This document shows positions 8,783 through 18,450 of a stretch of 24,324 nucleotides of DNA, piece by piece. The notes beneath the pieces are model-generated. The model was not told where the DNA came from. It saw nothing but the letters and a program-made list of their open reading frames with translations, and ran no database searches. Each line of letters begins with the position of its first letter. The first letter of the stretch is position 1. The position numbers and the translations under genes were made by a program. The DNA comes from Candidatus Heimdallarchaeota archaeon (GTDB taxonomy: Archaea > Asgardarchaeota > Heimdallarchaeia > Heimdallarchaeales > Heimdallarchaeaceae), in assembly GCA_016839945.1 (NCBI GenBank), contig JAEOTE010000113.1, positions 1-24,324 on the forward strand, given 5' to 3'.

Positions 8783-9112
8783 TTATCTGCAATCTCCATC
8801 GCAACCAGGACCACAACATACCATGAAAAACAATATTCCCATTAATGCGTCCCAAAATCCACCACCACTATCCCTATATCTTCTTCTTCCTCTACGGTAA
8901 TCATCTTGATAGTCAGGTTGCTGATGTGTACTTTGAGTTGTTCTATCTTGAATAGGACCACTATATTGAGTTTCAGCTTGATATCGAACAGGTAACTTCT
9001 TACGTTTATATTGCAAGATTACTTCTTCCAAGTCACTACCACAAAATTCACAATACCTTCCGTTTACTTCATGTTTACTCCCACAATTTGGGCAAAATAA
9101 ATCTTGACTCAT
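8783..9112 (-). CDS. Zinc-ribbon tail-anchored protein (paralogue C) with Cys-rich end
   Basis: The ORF track gives 8783..9124. ATG 9112 gives MSQDLFCPNCGSKH...CEFCGSDL, then a Q/Y/D/R-rich linker and GGGFWDALMGILFFMVCCGPGCDGDCR. Confidence 0.8.
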   Translation of the reverse strand: MSQDLFCPNCGSKHEVNGRYCEFCGSDLEEVILQYKRKKLPVRYQAETQYSGPIQDRTTQSTHQQPDYQDDYRRGRRRYRDSGGGFWDALMGILFFMVCCGPGCDGDCR

Positions 9113-9203
9113 ACAAGAAAACATTCACAAAACTAATATTTAAACGTAGAGTAATTGGTATGTAAAACATATATAGTCCAAAAAGAACTAATATTGAGTA
9201 CTT

Positions 9204-9815
9204 ATGCTAGATTCGTTTCATTCTCTTACAAAAACAGTTTCACAGATTCCGGTTATTTTTAAAGTAACAGAAGGTAAGGTCTTAATTGATGAACCTCTTT
9301 TTTATCATATAGTCAAATATCCTCAGTTAAGATGGTCTGATATTTATAAATTCATCATGCAAGGAACTTGTGGATGGATTCATCTCACTAAAATAGGCGA
9401 TGAAGATCATTTACTAAATTTCTTGCAGAAGGAGATGTTAGAAGCTGAAGAACCATTTAAGGGAGAGGAACTTTTTGAATTATTAGATAAAGATACTAGG
9501 CTTACTAGAGTTAATTTAAGAGTCTGGAAAAAAGTAGAGGAAAATGACCATGAATCTCTTTGGCAACTAATGAAAAACAAGAAAATTGATTCAGCTCAAT
9601 CTTTAGGTTTATTCATAAAGAGATGGAAACAGCTGATAAAATGGTTTAAAGAGAATACAATTAGCTGTCCAAAAGAGAACAAAGAAACCGTAAAAGAATG
9701 GTTATCACACATTCTTGAAATAGCTAAAAACTCAGAAAAATCTACTGATCTTCCTTTAGTGTCACATTCGGATAATTATAGGGAAATGTATAAACCAAAA
9801 TACAGAGTTGTTTAG
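9204..9815 (+). CDS. Conserved hypothetical protein
   Basis: 203 aa. The motifs YP....DIYK..Q...G..HL, RVNLR and HS..YR..YKP.YRVV look like a conserved uncharacterised family seen in prokaryotes (recalled, not searched). Confidence 0.65.
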   Translation: MLDSFHSLTKTVSQIPVIFKVTEGKVLIDEPLFYHIVKYPQLRWSDIYKFIMQGTCGWIHLTKIGDEDHLLNFLQKEMLEAEEPFKGEELFELLDKDTRLTRVNLRVWKKVEENDHESLWQLMKNKKIDSAQSLGLFIKRWKQLIKWFKENTISCPKENKETVKEWLSHILEIAKNSEKSTDLPLVSHSDNYREMYKPKYRVV

Positions 9816-9823
9816 GAATTAAT

Positions 9824-10603
9824 TTAAAAGAGAAAAGGAATAAGTGCTTTTCTTTCTTTTGGATAATCTGGAAATTCTTTTAGATACCATTTGTGATGCG
9901 ATTTTGCTCTTGGAAATAAGTTAGCGAGTGTCCAGAAAACAAATAGCAATCCTGCCAAGTTCCACACCATTAAAGCCCATCCTATCCAGATTAAAATTTC
10001 TCCGAAATAATTTGGGCTAGAAATGAACTTATACATTCCTCCAAATGGAATCTTGTAACCTTTTTCACCAGGTTTTCTCAAATCTCTCAAAACCAAATCA
10101 GAATGACGGTTAATGATATAACCAACAATAAAGATTATCACACCTATTATAAATCTAGGATCTACTAACCAATCCGGAAGATACTGAGGACCTATACCTG
10201 TTTCTCTAGCGAAATGAAAAATCCATCTTACTTGTAGATATGTATTAGATGTATTAAAAATCAATCCGAATAATATGATTAAGAGAGGCATTCGTTTGTT
10301 AGTCCTAAGGAAGAAAGGAAAAATCAAATCTCGTTGAACATAATGCAAGCACCATAGAACGAATAGAACAATAGGTACTAATTCAAAGCTATAATCACTA
10401 ACTACAAAGAGTACTACTGCGATCGCAACGGTTGGTGATTCCATTAGAATCCACCCCCATTTTGAAGTAATGGTCGGACCCCATCCTTTTCTTACATGTC
10501 GTCCATATGGAGCACTGACAAAGAATAATAGTATGAATATAGCTAGGGCAATTACAGCTGAAGCGATTAGTATGCCCCAATAGATAACAATCTCTTCCAT
10601 CAA
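9824..10603 (-). CDS. Steroid 5-alpha-reductase family (3-oxo-5-alpha-steroid 4-dehydrogenase, SRD5A/DET2-like) membrane enoyl reductase
   Basis: APYGRH, GWILMESP, HYVQR, GYKIPFGGMYKFISSPNYFGEILIWIG and NLFPRAKSHHKWY...FPDYPKERKALIPF are the signature motifs of the Steroid_dh family. Confidence 0.92.
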   Translation of the reverse strand: MMEEIVIYWGILIASAVIALAIFILLFFVSAPYGRHVRKGWGPTITSKWGWILMESPTVAIAVVLFVVSDYSFELVPIVLFVLWCLHYVQRDLIFPFFLRTNKRMPLLIILFGLIFNTSNTYLQVRWIFHFARETGIGPQYLPDWLVDPRFIIGVIIFIVGYIINRHSDLVLRDLRKPGEKGYKIPFGGMYKFISSPNYFGEILIWIGWALMVWNLAGLLFVFWTLANLFPRAKSHHKWYLKEFPDYPKERKALIPFLF

Positions 10604-10706
10604 AGGGTTGTAATTCTAGCTTTTTTTAAAAGGTTTCCCCTAGACTAGTGAGAAATAAGTTTAAAATGTTGCATTCAAGAAGGAGATAGTATAGTGGGAA
10701 AATTCC

Positions 10707-11921
10707 ATGTCATCTGATATTAATTTGACTAAGCTTTTCTGGAACGTTCAATTTATCTATGAATTAGTGCTAGCTCAAGAAGAACTTGAAGCATTTAACA
10801 TAGAATATCAGATAGTCAATAACCTAAGAAGCTTTAATGTTTTTAACATTCCTGATGAGGAAGAATTCATTAAAAGGACTGCTTATTTTGAGGTAGTAAA
10901 AGGAGAACCTTCACTTTATTCAAAAATCACCAAAGCGAATCTTACACGCTCTATAAACCAATATTTAACACATTGGTATTATCCATACAAAGGAAAATTT
11001 CACCCTCAGATGATACGTGCATTACTAAATATTATGAAAGTGGAAAAAGGTGAAACAATTTTAGATCCTTTCATTGGTTCAGGAACTCTAGCTTTAGAAT
11101 CCCAATTGATGGGAATAAATGCAATTGGAACAGATATCTCTGAGGTGTGTACACTAATTTCCAAAGTAAAAACACAATCTCTCAAATGGTTACCTAATAT
11201 ACAAGAAGAATGTGAAAATCTATCAAGTTCAATCGGTGATATTGTTGAGGATTCTGAAAGTAAAATCATCAAAGAAATTTCAAAATTAGTTGAAAGTATC
11301 AAAATTCAAGAAGTAAGGAATTTTTTCCTTCTTGCAAAGTTGATAGCTCATAGTGACAAATCCAGAAGAAGTAAGAAATCATTCAAAAAATCTTTTGAAA
11401 GTAATGCTGAGAAAATGATTGAATCTTTAAATATGTTTAATGAGTTACGCAATACTTATAATTTAGATCTAGGAGAGACAGAAATTTCGCAAGCAGATGT
11501 TAGAAACCTAAAAATACCTTCTGATTCAATTGATGGAATAATAACATCACCACCTTATTCTATTGCACTTGATTATGTGGAGAATGATAAACATGCACTC
11601 TCAGCTTTAGGTTATGATATAGAAACAATTAGAAATGAGTTTATAGGTTTGAGAGGATCAGGAAAAAGTAAAATTGACCTGTATAATCAAGATATGAAAA
11701 TTGCTTATCAAGAAATAGATAGAGTACTCAAAGAGGACAAATATTGCACAATAATTATAGGAAATGCAATTTTAAACAAGAAAAAAATTGAGACAATAGA
11801 ATTAACAATTGATATCTTCAAGAATCTGGGTTACACTCTAGTTAAGAATGTGGATAAAATAATCTTTGGATTATATAATATAATGCAGATGGAAAAAATT
11901 CTCATTTTTAAAAAAGAATAG
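10707..11921 (+). CDS. SAM-dependent DNA amino-methyltransferase (probably N4-cytosine), orphan
   Basis: THWYYPYKGKFHPQ, motif I ILDPFIGSGT and motif IV IITSPPY, with motif I before IV and a helical insert between them. Confidence 0.8.
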   Translation: MSSDINLTKLFWNVQFIYELVLAQEELEAFNIEYQIVNNLRSFNVFNIPDEEEFIKRTAYFEVVKGEPSLYSKITKANLTRSINQYLTHWYYPYKGKFHPQMIRALLNIMKVEKGETILDPFIGSGTLALESQLMGINAIGTDISEVCTLISKVKTQSLKWLPNIQEECENLSSSIGDIVEDSESKIIKEISKLVESIKIQEVRNFFLLAKLIAHSDKSRRSKKSFKKSFESNAEKMIESLNMFNELRNTYNLDLGETEISQADVRNLKIPSDSIDGIITSPPYSIALDYVENDKHALSALGYDIETIRNEFIGLRGSGKSKIDLYNQDMKIAYQEIDRVLKEDKYCTIIIGNAILNKKKIETIELTIDIFKNLGYTLVKNVDKIIFGLYNIMQMEKILIFKKE

Positions 11922-11937
11922 ATTTGCTTTATTTACT

Positions 11938-13026
11938 TCATTTTCTAATCTCACTGTACTTTTCAAGTATCAAAGATGCGAATTGTCTAGAAGTTATTCC
12001 AGGGAGATCGACTTGTAATGAATTGAATATCTGTTCAATTGATGTAGGAAGTGTGGTTTTATCTATTGCTAAACCAATCATTTCTTTTTCTAATTTATGT
12101 AATATGAAAGGAGGATTAATTGAGAAATCACCAGATATTGTAATATCTGCAAGTTTTTTTTGATCAAATTGAAGGAATAATTGAAATAAACCTCCTTCAA
12201 ACTTTCTTTCAACATATGTGAAATATGTATCTGTTTTTATTTTCTGCTGAAAGAGTTCATCACCTTCTCTTTCTACGTAGTATATCCATTCTTTCTGTCT
12301 GTATAAGGCTTCAATTTCCTCTATTTTTTCAATTTCTTCTTCTAGAAGAGTTCCTTCAGTTAGTTTAACATTTATTTCTTTCTCAAAGAATTCAATGAAC
12401 TTTTCAACAACATCTGTTTTTGAAGGTAATTTCTTAAGAAATGAACTGAAACTTCCCATTCTTTCTTCTAAAGATTTAGCTATTTTGTCTCGGAATTTCT
12501 CATCTGGAACTCTGAGTATTTTACTCATCATCTTTGAAGGAAAATTGAAAATAAAATTTCCAACTAATACCCTAGAATTCCCAAAAGATACTGCTCCATT
12601 TCCACTTATTTTTCTCCCATTTGCAACTATATCATTAATTGGAGAATATTCTGCTGCAATATTGAAAAATTGATATGTGCTTACAACTGGAAACAGGAAG
12701 AATTTATAGAATTCTCCAAGTTTCATGGGATATTCTTTTCCATTACAGATAACTTGGTAAAATACTTGATCTTGATCCAGATAGACTGATCCTCCTCCAC
12801 AAGATCTACGTAAAAATGGAATATTCCTTTTCTCTAGATAATTTGATTCTATAACTAAATCCACGATCTGATGGAGTCCAATGCACACAAACGCTTTATT
12901 GGGCCAATTAATGATTAATGTGTTAGGTGTAGATAGTTCATTTTGTACTAGAGCTATCGCATGGTAGATAGATTGGGTCCGCTGCCAAGGAATTTCAGCA
13001 AGATTCAATAATCTCCATTCTTTCAT
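11938..13026 (-). CDS. lplA: Lipoate-protein ligase A family, with C-terminal domain
   Basis: VCIGLHQ, RRSCGGGSVYLD, NDIVANGRKISGNG and C-terminal ITISGDF. Confidence 0.85.
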   Translation of the reverse strand: MKEWRLLNLAEIPWQRTQSIYHAIALVQNELSTPNTLIINWPNKAFVCIGLHQIVDLVIESNYLEKRNIPFLRRSCGGGSVYLDQDQVFYQVICNGKEYPMKLGEFYKFFLFPVVSTYQFFNIAAEYSPINDIVANGRKISGNGAVSFGNSRVLVGNFIFNFPSKMMSKILRVPDEKFRDKIAKSLEERMGSFSSFLKKLPSKTDVVEKFIEFFEKEINVKLTEGTLLEEEIEKIEEIEALYRQKEWIYYVEREGDELFQQKIKTDTYFTYVERKFEGGLFQLFLQFDQKKLADITISGDFSINPPFILHKLEKEMIGLAIDKTTLPTSIEQIFNSLQVDLPGITSRQFASLILEKYSEIRK

Positions 13027-13055
13027 GAAAAAACTCCTAAGATTGATTCTTTATT

Positions 13056-13751
13056 TTAGTCTGCAGTTGCCCATCCTGCTTCATCAGTTAAGAAGAAACA
13101 AACTTTACCAAGATTATCAAGAAGCAGCATTCTAGTAAAACTAGTTTGCATTGGTGTATTATTAATTTCTATTTCAGCATAAAATTGTACAGTTATCAGA
13201 TATTCCAAAGTTGCTGCATATGTGGAATACACATCATGTATAGTGTGATTAACATCAGGATAGGAAGTTTCAGAAAAACGATATGATAGATAATCAACAG
13301 GAGTGAAAGCATAGAACAAATAAGTTCCGTTTACATATGTTGTAAATAATTCAGTATACATATTCTGAGTTTCTTCTTTTGTAGGTAAATTTGTGATATT
13401 CATTTCAAAAATAAAGAGATGAATTTTTTTACTAAATCCACCATATTCCCTCATACTAACATTTTGCATGAATAATTCTTCATTTATTAGAAGTTCTGTT
13501 AAGTTATTAATTTCATACAAATGCTCTGTAGTAGAAATATTATCCCAATAGTAAGAATCTCCAGTTATTTTTGCTGTTTCACTTAGATAGAGAGCACTTG
13601 ATGAATCTCCATCGATTGCGTTCATGATAACTGAACTGTTGAATTGATTAATTCCTGGTGGTGCAGTACTCATTGAAATAAGGATTATTGGTAATCCTAA
13701 AAAACAGAAGCCAAAAAGAATTACAAAAGCATTATATGCAGTATTAGACAT
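13056..13751 (-). CDS. Hypothetical protein with N-terminal TM anchor
   Basis: 231-aa ORF with N-terminal FVILFGFCFLGLPIILISM; no recognised motif. Confidence 0.65.
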   Translation of the reverse strand: MSNTAYNAFVILFGFCFLGLPIILISMSTAPPGINQFNSSVIMNAIDGDSSSALYLSETAKITGDSYYWDNISTTEHLYEINNLTELLINEELFMQNVSMREYGGFSKKIHLFIFEMNITNLPTKEETQNMYTELFTTYVNGTYLFYAFTPVDYLSYRFSETSYPDVNHTIHDVYSTYAATLEYLITVQFYAEIEINNTPMQTSFTRMLLLDNLGKVCFFLTDEAGWATAD

Positions 13752-13827
13752 ATTTAGATATTTGTAAGTTAATTATAAAAAACTATTCTTTTACTCTGAA
13801 AAATAAAAGAAAAAAGGGAAAGGCAAA

Positions 13828-15126
13828 CTATTTTGGTTTCTTAGCTTTTGATATGAAATAGTAAGATGGAAGAACCACTGCAAAACAACCTACTGTTGCT
13901 AAAGCAAAATAAGTTCCAAGATTACCATAGAAGGTAAACCCACCCATATAGTTATCTGTCCAAACTTTACCGTCTTTCGAGAAACTAAAAACTACATTTG
14001 GCCAACCGCCACCAAATCTATGTCCTTCACCTACTTCAAACGCAACAAAAAGGTAGTCTTCATAGATTGTGATACTTGGTTCCATTCTATAATAACCATC
14101 AGAAACAGCTTTACTTATATTGAAGTATCTTGTTGGGGAACCTGAAATATCATCTAGTACAGCAGCCCAGAGGAAAATTTCTTCAAAAATAATATTCTGT
14201 GATAAGTCATATATGTCTATTAAGGTATCTTGAGCTGCAAGAACATAAGCATCTTCTAAGCCCCAATATGTTAAGCTTGGATGATAGAGCGTTAGATTCA
14301 CTTCTGCATCATTTCTAGTATGAACAGAATCTATGTAATTTGTTACACCAGCAAAAAAAGTAAAATCAAGAGGACTAATTCTAGCTATTTTAACTTGATC
14401 TCGCATTAGATCAGTCATTGTGCAATAGAGTTGATTTCCAATTTCATCAAAGAAGAATTCAAAATCTATTCCATAAAAATTTGTATCAATAAGATCAAAT
14501 GTGTCTATGATTTGGAAGTTGATAGGATTTATTGTCAAAACTTTTGTTGCATCTATGAAGGTTGGAGCTCTTTCATAACTGTAAGCAAGAACTAGTTGAT
14601 TGGTAGAAGTATGAGAAGCGTCAAGCCAGTAATAGTTTAGAAATTGTGCAGAGGTATTATATAGCCATATTAAATCAGACCATGTTGCTCCATTATTATC
14701 AGAGTATGTAATGAAGAATGTTAAATTTCCATTATCCACTTGTTCTGCTGCCATAAAAACATAAGCAATTTCGTTTAAGTAAACTAATGCAGTTTGATTT
14801 ATTAGATGAGTAGCATCATGATCATCTTGAACATAATTTAGTGGATATTCAATTTCGTAATTAGTTATGAGAGAATCGTTAGATTCAATAGTTTGAAATT
14901 CTGTAGGTGTATTTACACATCTTCTTGATCTTAAATCATTTGCAATTATTTGATCATTTGAAATTGTTGAATCTTTATAGACAAGAAGATGCTCGTCATT
15001 AATTGCTGGAGTTAAAAGTCCTTTAGTGCTAGAATGGAAAACTATACCTTGAGAAGTATAAGGTACCATCGATATTACTACAAAACATAAAAAGAAAGTT
15101 ATAACTAATTTCTTCATCATTTTCAT
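13828..15126 (-). CDS. Secreted, C-terminally anchored BNR/Asp-box (sialidase-like beta-propeller) protein
   Basis: Signal peptide MKKLVITFFLCFVVISM, Asp-boxes YSDNNGATWS and FSKDGKVWT, PSLT/PSIT blade motifs, C-terminal TM + KAKKPK. Confidence 0.7.
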   Translation of the reverse strand: MKMMKKLVITFFLCFVVISMVPYTSQGIVFHSSTKGLLTPAINDEHLLVYKDSTISNDQIIANDLRSRRCVNTPTEFQTIESNDSLITNYEIEYPLNYVQDDHDATHLINQTALVYLNEIAYVFMAAEQVDNGNLTFFITYSDNNGATWSDLIWLYNTSAQFLNYYWLDASHTSTNQLVLAYSYERAPTFIDATKVLTINPINFQIIDTFDLIDTNFYGIDFEFFFDEIGNQLYCTMTDLMRDQVKIARISPLDFTFFAGVTNYIDSVHTRNDAEVNLTLYHPSLTYWGLEDAYVLAAQDTLIDIYDLSQNIIFEEIFLWAAVLDDISGSPTRYFNISKAVSDGYYRMEPSITIYEDYLFVAFEVGEGHRFGGGWPNVVFSFSKDGKVWTDNYMGGFTFYGNLGTYFALATVGCFAVVLPSYYFISKAKKPK

Positions 15127-15213
15127 TCAGGAGACTCCCAAATTATTCTCTTTGCTCACCTTGGCTGAAGAATATATAAATTTTGTCAAGAAAATGCATT
15201 TTCTTATGAAATA

Positions 15214-15702
15214 TCATGACAATGCTAGACTATCTCGAATCTGCCTTAATTCTTTAATTGGTTCGCCATTAAAATCATAATCTGTTGTTGAAATATCGAA
15301 AAGAATTAAGAAATCATTATGAGATAGAGCTAATAATTCAAAAATACCTTTCAATCGATCTTTTTTGTTTTCCCAATTTCCAGTAAGGATGTGAGCTTCA
15401 TATCCGTTCAGATTGCTTATTTTGTAATCCTTTACTCTTATAATATCTCCCATATAATATTTAAAAACTAATCTTGCTCTTAAATCAGCTAAATAATCCA
15501 ATGTTAAAGAATTATCCATATTAGGTTGCCAGTATATGAAAAACATCCTTGTTGGTTTTAATCTGATAAAAGGAACAAAACTTGTATAATCTAGACCTTT
15601 CAATAAATGAGCATAATAACTAGATGGGAAAGTGAGTGTACCTATTAATTCTATATTTGTTACTTTCCTTTTATTGGTTAGATCTAAATCAATACTAATC
15701 AT
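15214..15702 (-). CDS. Hypothetical protein (possible PsbP/Mog1-like fold)
   Basis: 162 aa. LTFPSSY, NLNGYEAHILTGNW and the terminal helix ELRQIRDSL loosely resemble PsbP-like domains. Confidence 0.55.
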   Translation of the reverse strand: MISIDLDLTNKRKVTNIELIGTLTFPSSYYAHLLKGLDYTSFVPFIRLKPTRMFFIYWQPNMDNSLTLDYLADLRARLVFKYYMGDIIRVKDYKISNLNGYEAHILTGNWENKKDRLKGIFELLALSHNDFLILFDISTTDYDFNGEPIKELRQIRDSLALS

Positions 15703-15799
15703 TATGATAAAAATACTTCAAACACTGATATAGCTTACTAATGCTCAAAAAAAGATTAATAAGTGCTTAAGAAAGAAAAGCATTTTTCTCCCAAAAATT

Positions 15800-18154
15800 C
15801 TAAGGATTTTGCTTGTATTTTTTCTTAGAAAATGGATTTTTATATCGCTTTAGCAAAAGTGCATTTATTACTACCGAAACTGATGACATTGCCATTGCTA
15901 ATCCAGCTAATTCAGCAGGTAATAGAAAACCAAATGGTATAAACAAAATTCCTGCAGCTATGGGAATGCCTAATGTATTGTAAATGAGTGCCCAGAAAAG
16001 ACCTGATTTTACTTTTCGAATTGTTTTCTTACTCAGATCTATGGAGGTTACTACATCTTTCAGATCATCTTTTACTAGTACGATGTCTCCAGCTTCAATT
16101 GCTATATCAGTTCCAGAACCAATTGCAATTCCAACATCAGCTTTAGCTAAAGCTGGACTGTCATTAATTCCATCACCTACAAAGATTACCTTCATATTCT
16201 GGTTTTGATATTTAGTAACAATTTCAACTTTTTCTTCAGGTAAAACTTCAGCATGAACTTCGTCAATACCAACTTCATTTGCAATAGCTTTAGCAGCTTT
16301 ATAATTATCCCCACTAACCATTATAATTCGCAAGCTCATTTTCTTAAGTTCATCAACAGCTTGTTTTGATGTAGGTTTGATTGTATCAGCTATCGCTACA
16401 ACTCCAAGAACTTCCTCTTCTGTCATTAGAATCATTGTAGTTTTACCTTGTGTTTCGAATTCTTCCATTTTTTCTTCTACTTGAGTAGGGATACTATAAT
16501 TGTATATTTCTGCAGCTTTACGGTTTCCAAAAATATATTTCGAATCATTGATATTAGCTTCAATTCCTTTCCCTGGAAAAGCTTTGAAATTTATAATCTG
16601 TAGGAATTTTGTTTTTTCTTTTTCTGCTTCTTTTATGATAGCTTTTGCAATTGAATGTTCTGATCCTTTTTCCAAGGAAGAAGCAACTTGGAGAATATGA
16701 TTTAGTGAGTACTTATCATGAAAAGAGAATATATCAGTTACTTCAGGAGTTCCTTTAGTGATGGTTCCTGTTTTATCAAGAAGAATTATGTCAGTTTGAC
16801 GAGCTGCTTCAAGAGCATCACCTGATTTAATCAAGATACCATTTTCTGCTCCTAAACCTGTCCCAACCATTATTGCAGTTGGAGTAGCTAATCCTAAAGC
16901 GCAAGGACATGAAATAACTAAAACAGTAATTCCAGCTAAGAAAGCAAATAGAAAAGTTGACATACCATCTGGTAAAAGTGTTGTACTAACAACATTGAAA
17001 TTAAAAAGCAAGAACCATATTGAGAATGTGATTAAAGCTGTAAATACAACAGTAGGAACGAAATATGCAGAGATTTTGTCAGCTAATTTTTGAATTGGAA
17101 TTTTAGATGTTTGTGCATCTTCTACCATTTTGATTATTTGGTTTAGTGTAGTATCCTTCCCAATTCTAATAGCTTTCATTTTTACAAAACCATTTTCAAC
17201 TATAGTTCCCCCAATCAATTCCTGATCTTTATCTTTGAAAACAGCAACACTTTCTCCTGTGATCATAGATTCATTCACATATGTTTCTCCCTCAATAATA
17301 ATACCATCAACTGGAACACTTTCTCCAGGTTTGATTAAACAGATATCTTCAAGTTGAACATCATCAATTTGTAATTCTATTTCTTCTCCATCCCTAATCA
17401 CAATAGCAGTATCAGGTCGAAGTTCAATAAGTTTCTTGATTGCTTCTGATGTTCTCCCTTTTGTTACTTCTTCTAAGAATTTTCCTAGAAAAATAAATGT
17501 CAATAATATAGCTGAGGTTTCAAAAAATACTTCACCATGATATGAAGGAACAAAATATGGATAAATTAATGAAAAAAGACTGTAGAAATAAGCAGCACTT
17601 GTTCCAAGTACAACTAATACATCCATAGATGCACTCTTATTTACTAAACTCTTCCAAGCAGCTTTGTAAAAAGGATATGCAATAACAAACTGTATAGGTG
17701 TTGTTAGAAGTAATTGTAGAAAATTAGAAAAAAGCATCCCTTCAAAAATGAAAAATTCTTGTTGCCATTGAGCAAAAGCTGGAAACCAAAATCGAAAAGG
17801 TCTCATATGACCCATTGCAAAAACAAAAACTGGTAAAGAGAAAAATAAACTAGCAAGAAATCTTCTTCGCATATCAATAAGCTGTTTATTTTGTAGAAAT
17901 GAAACTTTATCTGTTTCAAAAGAAGCTTTGTATCCTGCAGATTCAATGACTTTGATAATTTGTTTTTCTTTAACTACATCAGGATTATAAATTAGTTGAG
18001 CATTATGACTAATCAGGTTAACAGCTGCAGATTCAACACCTTCCAATGAAGTCAGAGCTTTCTCTACTCTAGTTATGCATGCAGAACAATGCATGCCCTC
18101 AACATTAATTGTCTTTTTAGTTTCTTGATCCAAAATATCATTTCCTTTATTCAA
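15800..18154 (-). CDS. copA: Cu(I)-exporting P1B-1 ATPase
   Basis: N-terminal HMA GMHCSAC, FFETSA, ITGES, CPCALGLATP, DKTGT, SEHS, GDGINDSPALA, YN and MAMSSVSV. Confidence 0.96.
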   Translation of the reverse strand: MNKGNDILDQETKKTINVEGMHCSACITRVEKALTSLEGVESAAVNLISHNAQLIYNPDVVKEKQIIKVIESAGYKASFETDKVSFLQNKQLIDMRRRFLASLFFSLPVFVFAMGHMRPFRFWFPAFAQWQQEFFIFEGMLFSNFLQLLLTTPIQFVIAYPFYKAAWKSLVNKSASMDVLVVLGTSAAYFYSLFSLIYPYFVPSYHGEVFFETSAILLTFIFLGKFLEEVTKGRTSEAIKKLIELRPDTAIVIRDGEEIELQIDDVQLEDICLIKPGESVPVDGIIIEGETYVNESMITGESVAVFKDKDQELIGGTIVENGFVKMKAIRIGKDTTLNQIIKMVEDAQTSKIPIQKLADKISAYFVPTVVFTALITFSIWFLLFNFNVVSTTLLPDGMSTFLFAFLAGITVLVISCPCALGLATPTAIMVGTGLGAENGILIKSGDALEAARQTDIILLDKTGTITKGTPEVTDIFSFHDKYSLNHILQVASSLEKGSEHSIAKAIIKEAEKEKTKFLQIINFKAFPGKGIEANINDSKYIFGNRKAAEIYNYSIPTQVEEKMEEFETQGKTTMILMTEEEVLGVVAIADTIKPTSKQAVDELKKMSLRIIMVSGDNYKAAKAIANEVGIDEVHAEVLPEEKVEIVTKYQNQNMKVIFVGDGINDSPALAKADVGIAIGSGTDIAIEAGDIVLVKDDLKDVVTSIDLSKKTIRKVKSGLFWALIYNTLGIPIAAGILFIPFGFLLPAELAGLAMAMSSVSVVINALLLKRYKNPFSKKKYKQNP

Positions 18155-18179
18155 TTAACAAAGAAATGATTTTGTGATA

Positions 18180-18392
18180 CTATTGTGTTTTAGCTTTATA
18201 TCCTGCGTTCTCAACAGCTTCTATAAGTTTCTCAGGAGAAGTTTTAGAGGATTTATATTCAATACTAGCAATATTTTCGTCTAAACTTACATTAACAGAT
18301 TTTACTCCAGAGGTTTCCTTGAGTGCTTTAGTCACTGTCATCTCACAATGCGCACAAGTCATTCCTTCAATAGATAGTGTTATTTCTTCCAT
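18180..18392 (-). CDS. copZ: Copper chaperone (HMA domain)
   Basis: IEGMTCAHC...VENAGY, directly upstream of copA. Confidence 0.92.
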   Translation of the reverse strand: MEEITLSIEGMTCAHCEMTVTKALKETSGVKSVNVSLDENIASIEYKSSKTSPEKLIEAVENAGYKAKTQ

Positions 18393-18450
18393 TTATATCA
18401 AGATAAATAACTAAACTGCTTTTAAATATTAAGTGGTTTTACAAAAATTA

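Noticed and set aside
10398-10580. 60-aa Cys-containing ORF
   Set aside because: Alternative frame inside the well-supported SRD5A-family gene.
11006-12673. ORFs 11006..11302, 11924..12163 and 12395..12673
   Set aside because: Antisense shadows of the methyltransferase and lplA genes.
15984-16700. ORFs 15984..16208 and 16500..16700
   Set aside because: Antisense shadows within copA.
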